A DNA stretch of 64,000 nucleotides from a virus: the IMG/VR virus record IMGVR_UViG_3300037042_006844, positions 122,556 through 186,555 of that record; one strand, given 5' to 3'. The position numbers were made by a program, and so were the translations under genes. A model generated the notes under the pieces. The model worked only from the letters and a program-made list of their open reading frames with translations. It had not been told where the DNA came from and did not search any database. This document shows, one piece after another, positions 60,849-64,000 of this stretch (position 1 is its first letter; each line of letters starts with the position of its first letter).

Positions 60849-62160
60849 CTATGAACTACCCACCTGCTAAAGCAGGTGGGTTTCCACCGCAATAGTTATG
60901 AGTTTCTATCGGGTAGTTCCTACCCGTATTAAACGTTGTCTTTGGAAATGAGAAGTCCAAGATATTCTTGGCAGCATTCACATCTCTATCGTGTTTCTCA
61001 TTACAATCTGGGCAAGTCCATTCTCTATCATTTAATGTAAGAGAATGATTAACATATCCACAATGAGAACACGTCTTACTGGATGGTTCAAATCTACCTA
61101 TTTTTAGGAAGTTCTTACCATACCAGTCGCTTTTATATTGGAGCATATTTACAAATTTTCCCCAAGCATAATCTCCTATGAGTTTATTAGTTGGTGAATA
61201 GTTGTTCTTCTGCATCCCCCGAATGGTTAAATCCTCAATACAGATATTACCAATTTGGTTATCATTGGTTAGTTTGTATGAGAGTTTATCCAAGAAATCT
61301 TTGCGTTGTCTTGTTATTTTAGAATGGAGTTTGGTTATCTGCTCTTGCTTGGAGATATGAGCAGTAGAACCTTTAGTGAGTTGCTCCAAATCCTGTTGGT
61401 GTTTAGTAAGTTTATCAGCAGATTGTTTCAATACCTTCGGGTTCTCAATCTTTGTTCCATCATTCAGAGTAAGAAATGTTTTTACTCCAAAATCTATTCC
61501 TATTGCTTTATCCTTTTTTGGTGTTGGTTTCTTTGATAGTTCTTTTTCAACCTCTACAAGAATGGAAACATAGTATCGTTTATCTCTGTCTTGGGATACG
61601 ATTGCTTGTTTAATCGTTCCTTCTGCTTGTCGGTCAAAGATACATTTAATGCCTCCACGAAACTTTGGAATGACTAATCGCTTTCCATCATAGTTCAACT
61701 TAATGTTGTTATTAGTCATTGGGACAACGAACGATTTACGAGCATACTTCTTCGACTTAAACTTTGGAAATCCAGCATTGGAACGAAAGAAGGAAGTATA
61801 TGCTCTATCCAAGTTGAGGATGGATTGCTGTAGCGATTGAGAACCTATCTCACTCAACCATTCATTTGTCTTTTTCAACTTTGGAAGTTCAGTTGCCATA
61901 TCCTGCCAGTTCAATGTTTTCTTGGTTTCTTTGTAATGCTTAATCTTTACTTCAAGGAAATGGTTGTATATCCATCGGCAGTGTCCAAAATGCTTGGACA
62001 AAAGAACCTCTTGTTCCTTGGTAGGATATATTCTGTATTTGTAAGCAACGTTATACATTCTACAACATACATATCATTCACTTTCTAAAAACGATTAATT
62101 ATTTTTCAATGGGTCGCATTCATCCCATATGGGGTTTCTGCTCCCTCAAAGATAAATATA
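60849..62160 (-). mobile_element. IS200/IS605-family element carrying only tnpB (IS-2)
   Basis: TnpB 60856..62058. Perfect TAAA-loop hairpin CCCACCTGC-TAAA-GCAGGTGGG at 60859-80, which encodes the TnpB C-terminus. Hairpin CCCATATGGGG plus TTTCTGCTCCC beyond the start (62108-62160). Boundaries are approximate. Confidence 0.45.
60856..62058 (-). CDS. tnpB: TnpB (OrfB_IS605 type, with a zinc ribbon)
   Basis: YKYRIYPTKEQ N-terminus, DFGVKTF (RuvC I), CIEDL (RuvC II), CSHCG…CPDCN zinc finger and DRDVNAAKNI (RuvC III). Confidence 0.8.
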   Translation of the reverse strand: MYNVAYKYRIYPTKEQEVLLSKHFGHCRWIYNHFLEVKIKHYKETKKTLNWQDMATELPKLKKTNEWLSEIGSQSLQQSILNLDRAYTSFFRSNAGFPKFKSKKYARKSFVVPMTNNNIKLNYDGKRLVIPKFRGGIKCIFDRQAEGTIKQAIVSQDRDKRYYVSILVEVEKELSKKPTPKKDKAIGIDFGVKTFLTLNDGTKIENPKVLKQSADKLTKHQQDLEQLTKGSTAHISKQEQITKLHSKITRQRKDFLDKLSYKLTNDNQIGNICIEDLTIRGMQKNNYSPTNKLIGDYAWGKFVNMLQYKSDWYGKNFLKIGRFEPSSKTCSHCGYVNHSLTLNDREWTCPDCNEKHDRDVNAAKNILDFSFPKTTFNTGRNYPIETHNYCGGNPPALAGG

Positions 62161-62164
62161 GTGG

Positions 62165-62554
62165 TTACTTCCAAACTACTTGCAACACCACTATTAGAAC
62201 ACTAAGTCCAATCAATGTCAAGGTTTTTGGAGTAAGCTGCTCGTTAAAATAAAACGTGGTTAGTATAGTAAACATTAACATTCCAATACTGAACGTAAAT
62301 ATCCTATTAGGCCAGATTTTGCCGTCGAAATGCTCGCTGATCAGTTTAACGCTGTAAATTGATAATAATGTATTGGGCATCGACAATAACAACATTGGAT
62401 ACTGGTATCGTTTGAATGCTTCGTGCAAAAACTGCCCATATAGTTGGTGCCAGCCAACTACATATACGATTACCAATAAACATAGTCCGTAAAACAGTTT
62501 CATCGGTTGGAGTTCATTGTTACAATGAACCCGGGGGTATTGAGTCCAACCCAA
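62165..62554 (-). CDS. hypothetical membrane protein
   Basis: 129-aa ORF with about 4 TM helices. Confidence 0.45.
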   Translation of the reverse strand: MGWTQYPRVHCNNELQPMKLFYGLCLLVIVYVVGWHQLYGQFLHEAFKRYQYPMLLLSMPNTLLSIYSVKLISEHFDGKIWPNRIFTFSIGMLMFTILTTFYFNEQLTPKTLTLIGLSVLIVVLQVVWK

Positions 62555-62760
62555 GCATCTTGTTGGTTATAATGGTGGAATTCCATAGCCTCATTCTCGG
62601 TCATGCCATCGTCCATAAGCTTTTGCAGCACTTTGTCGGTATCATATACAACATATTCGCCGCTACCACTACGGGATCCAATACCAGCGATACAGTCGTC
62701 GTATCCATCCATTGTGATGAGTTCGTTCGTTTCAATATACTCCTGTAAACTTGTTTTCAT
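62500..62760 (-). CDS. hypothetical protein
   Basis: 86-aa ORF. Confidence 0.3.
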   Translation of the reverse strand: MKTSLQEYIETNELITMDGYDDCIAGIGSRSGSGEYVVYDTDKVLQKLMDDGMTENEAMEFHHYNQQDAWVGLNTPGFIVTMNSNR

Positions 62761-63305
62761 TTGGGGCTTAGATATCCGTGCTTAATGTAGTGAATAATGT
62801 TTTCTCGTCCAACCGGGTCCATGCTGTGAACCAAAAACGATGGATGTGCTACGCCCTCTTTTCTGCATTCTTCGCACAAAAATCTGGCGCAGTCATAACC
62901 AGTTTTTTCGTCAGTGATCGGACCATCATAATGATGATCATTCTCCTCCAGAATGTGGTCGTAACAAACGAACTCAGGAATTCCTTTGCTGCGAATAACA
63001 TCGCAAAATGCATCGTAGTTTCTCACAATTGTCCATTCAGTTGGAATGGTTGGGAGTGTAACCCAATAAACCCAATCAGGCATTCGGATATCGTCAAGAA
63101 AAAGATAGTATGGTTGCATAGAGTTTTCTTCCAGATGTAGAGTATACATCACTTCTCCATCGTTGTAAAGACAATCGTTGGTTCTCTCGACCTTTTTGAC
63201 CACGATCCCATTTCTGCCATAATGGGCAATAATTTCGTCCAACTGTTCGGCAGTTTTGACTTTATGTAGCTGAATTGAATTGTTGTTGATAATATCTCGC
63301 ATCAT
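62757..63305 (-). CDS. hypothetical protein
   Basis: 182-aa ORF. Confidence 0.45.
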   Translation of the reverse strand: MMRDIINNNSIQLHKVKTAEQLDEIIAHYGRNGIVVKKVERTNDCLYNDGEVMYTLHLEENSMQPYYLFLDDIRMPDWVYWVTLPTIPTEWTIVRNYDAFCDVIRSKGIPEFVCYDHILEENDHHYDGPITDEKTGYDCARFLCEECRKEGVAHPSFLVHSMDPVGRENIIHYIKHGYLSPK

Positions 63306-63343
63306 TTAGATACTTATATGTAGTTGAGTTGCGTTATAAATAA

Positions 63344-64000
63344 TGAAAATCGGAATAATAACAATGGCAGCGGGAAGAGTTTACAGAGAATATGCTCAAC
63401 GACTTTTGGATTCTCTGCATTTATTTCTACCAATTCACGAACGAACAGTTATCATTCTTGGCGACGATACCACCAATCATTCCAGTCTGGCAATACGAAC
63501 GCTGTATATTCCACCGTTGCCAAAACCACTGAACACTTTACTGCGATTTCATTATATAAAACAATGCGATCTGTCGGAGTTTGATTTGATTTATTATATA
63601 GATGCCGACTGTGAAGTGGTCGTTCCAATAGGAGACGAAATTTTTCCAGATAAACAGGGGCAATTGTGTGTGGTAAAACACCCTTGGGCAGATAAATGTG
63701 GTTACGGTTTGGGACCGGATGATTTTTACGAAAGAAATCCTCTATCGCAAGCCGCAACGTCCGATCCTCGTAACGGTATTTACTACCAAGGGTGTTTTTT
63801 TGGCGGGTATCGTGATGATTTTCTGACTATGGTAGAATTGTTGGATAAAAATGTCAAGCTGGATTTGAACAACCGAATCATTGCCAAATGGCATGACGAG
63901 TCCCACATGAACAAATATTTCATCGACAATCCACCAAAAGAATTGTCGCCATCATATGCTTATCCTGGGTGCGATTCGTATCGTGGTATATTTCCAGCCT
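63344..64000 (+). CDS. glycosyltransferase family 6 (ABO/alpha-1,3-Gal-transferase-like), 3'-truncated by the window edge
   Basis: A frame stays open from ATG at about 63344 to the window end (absent from the track for lack of a stop). DxD motif at YYIDADCE. GCFFGGY…AKWHDESHMNKYF matches the GT6 signature (human ABO: LGGFFGG…AVWHDESHLNKYL). Confidence 0.65.

Overview
This window is about 64 kb of a large tailed dsDNA phage with a T4-like gene repertoire, at roughly 43-45% GC. Genes are densely packed, mostly on the + strand. Core content includes an SF2 helicase, rIIA/rIIB, an Rnl1-type RNA ligase, a T4 Pnk-like kinase with an adjacent metallophosphoesterase, an ATP-dependent DNA ligase, a DnaQ-like exonuclease, ClpP, two long paralogous tail-fibre genes on the minus strand (one with a beta-helix domain), and a cluster of at least five tRNAs. 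Promoters have a sigma70-like architecture (TTGACa-N16/17-TAtacT or TAAGAT) and often sit 5-7 nt upstream of the ATG, so many mRNAs appear leaderless. Many start codons lie within AACATATGA. The most notable accessory content is as follows. First, a NAMPT-family gene and a PRPS-family gene sit 0.9 kb apart with no NMNAT, suggesting a NARP1-type NAD+ reconstitution counter-defence module. Second, a dispersed RNA-repair and modification toolkit is present: Rnl1, Pnk kinase, two phosphoesterases, a Thg1-like 3'-5' polymerase, a SpoU/TrmH methyltransferase, a macro domain, an HD hydrolase and a Pol-beta-type nucleotidyltransferase. Third, auxiliary genes include a CoaD-CoaE fusion, two cytochrome c genes inside the tRNA cluster, a PEP-CTERM protein and a GT6 glycosyltransferase. 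Fourth, there are two TnpB elements from different lineages plus a truncated third copy, flanking a GHKL/MORC-like ATPase, together with a family of TAAA-loop hairpin repeats, including an apparent tnpB-less miniature at the NAMPT stop codon and a duplicated leader element. Fifth, a 1.6 kb non-coding region is rich in iterons, poly-G and (CT)n tracts, and is bounded by a 17-bp direct repeat; it is a candidate origin. Sixth, there are several paralogue families, including a 900-aa protein made of four tandem methyltransferase-like domains. Many ORFs have no recognisable function. All coordinates other than those from the ORF track are approximate to within a few nt.
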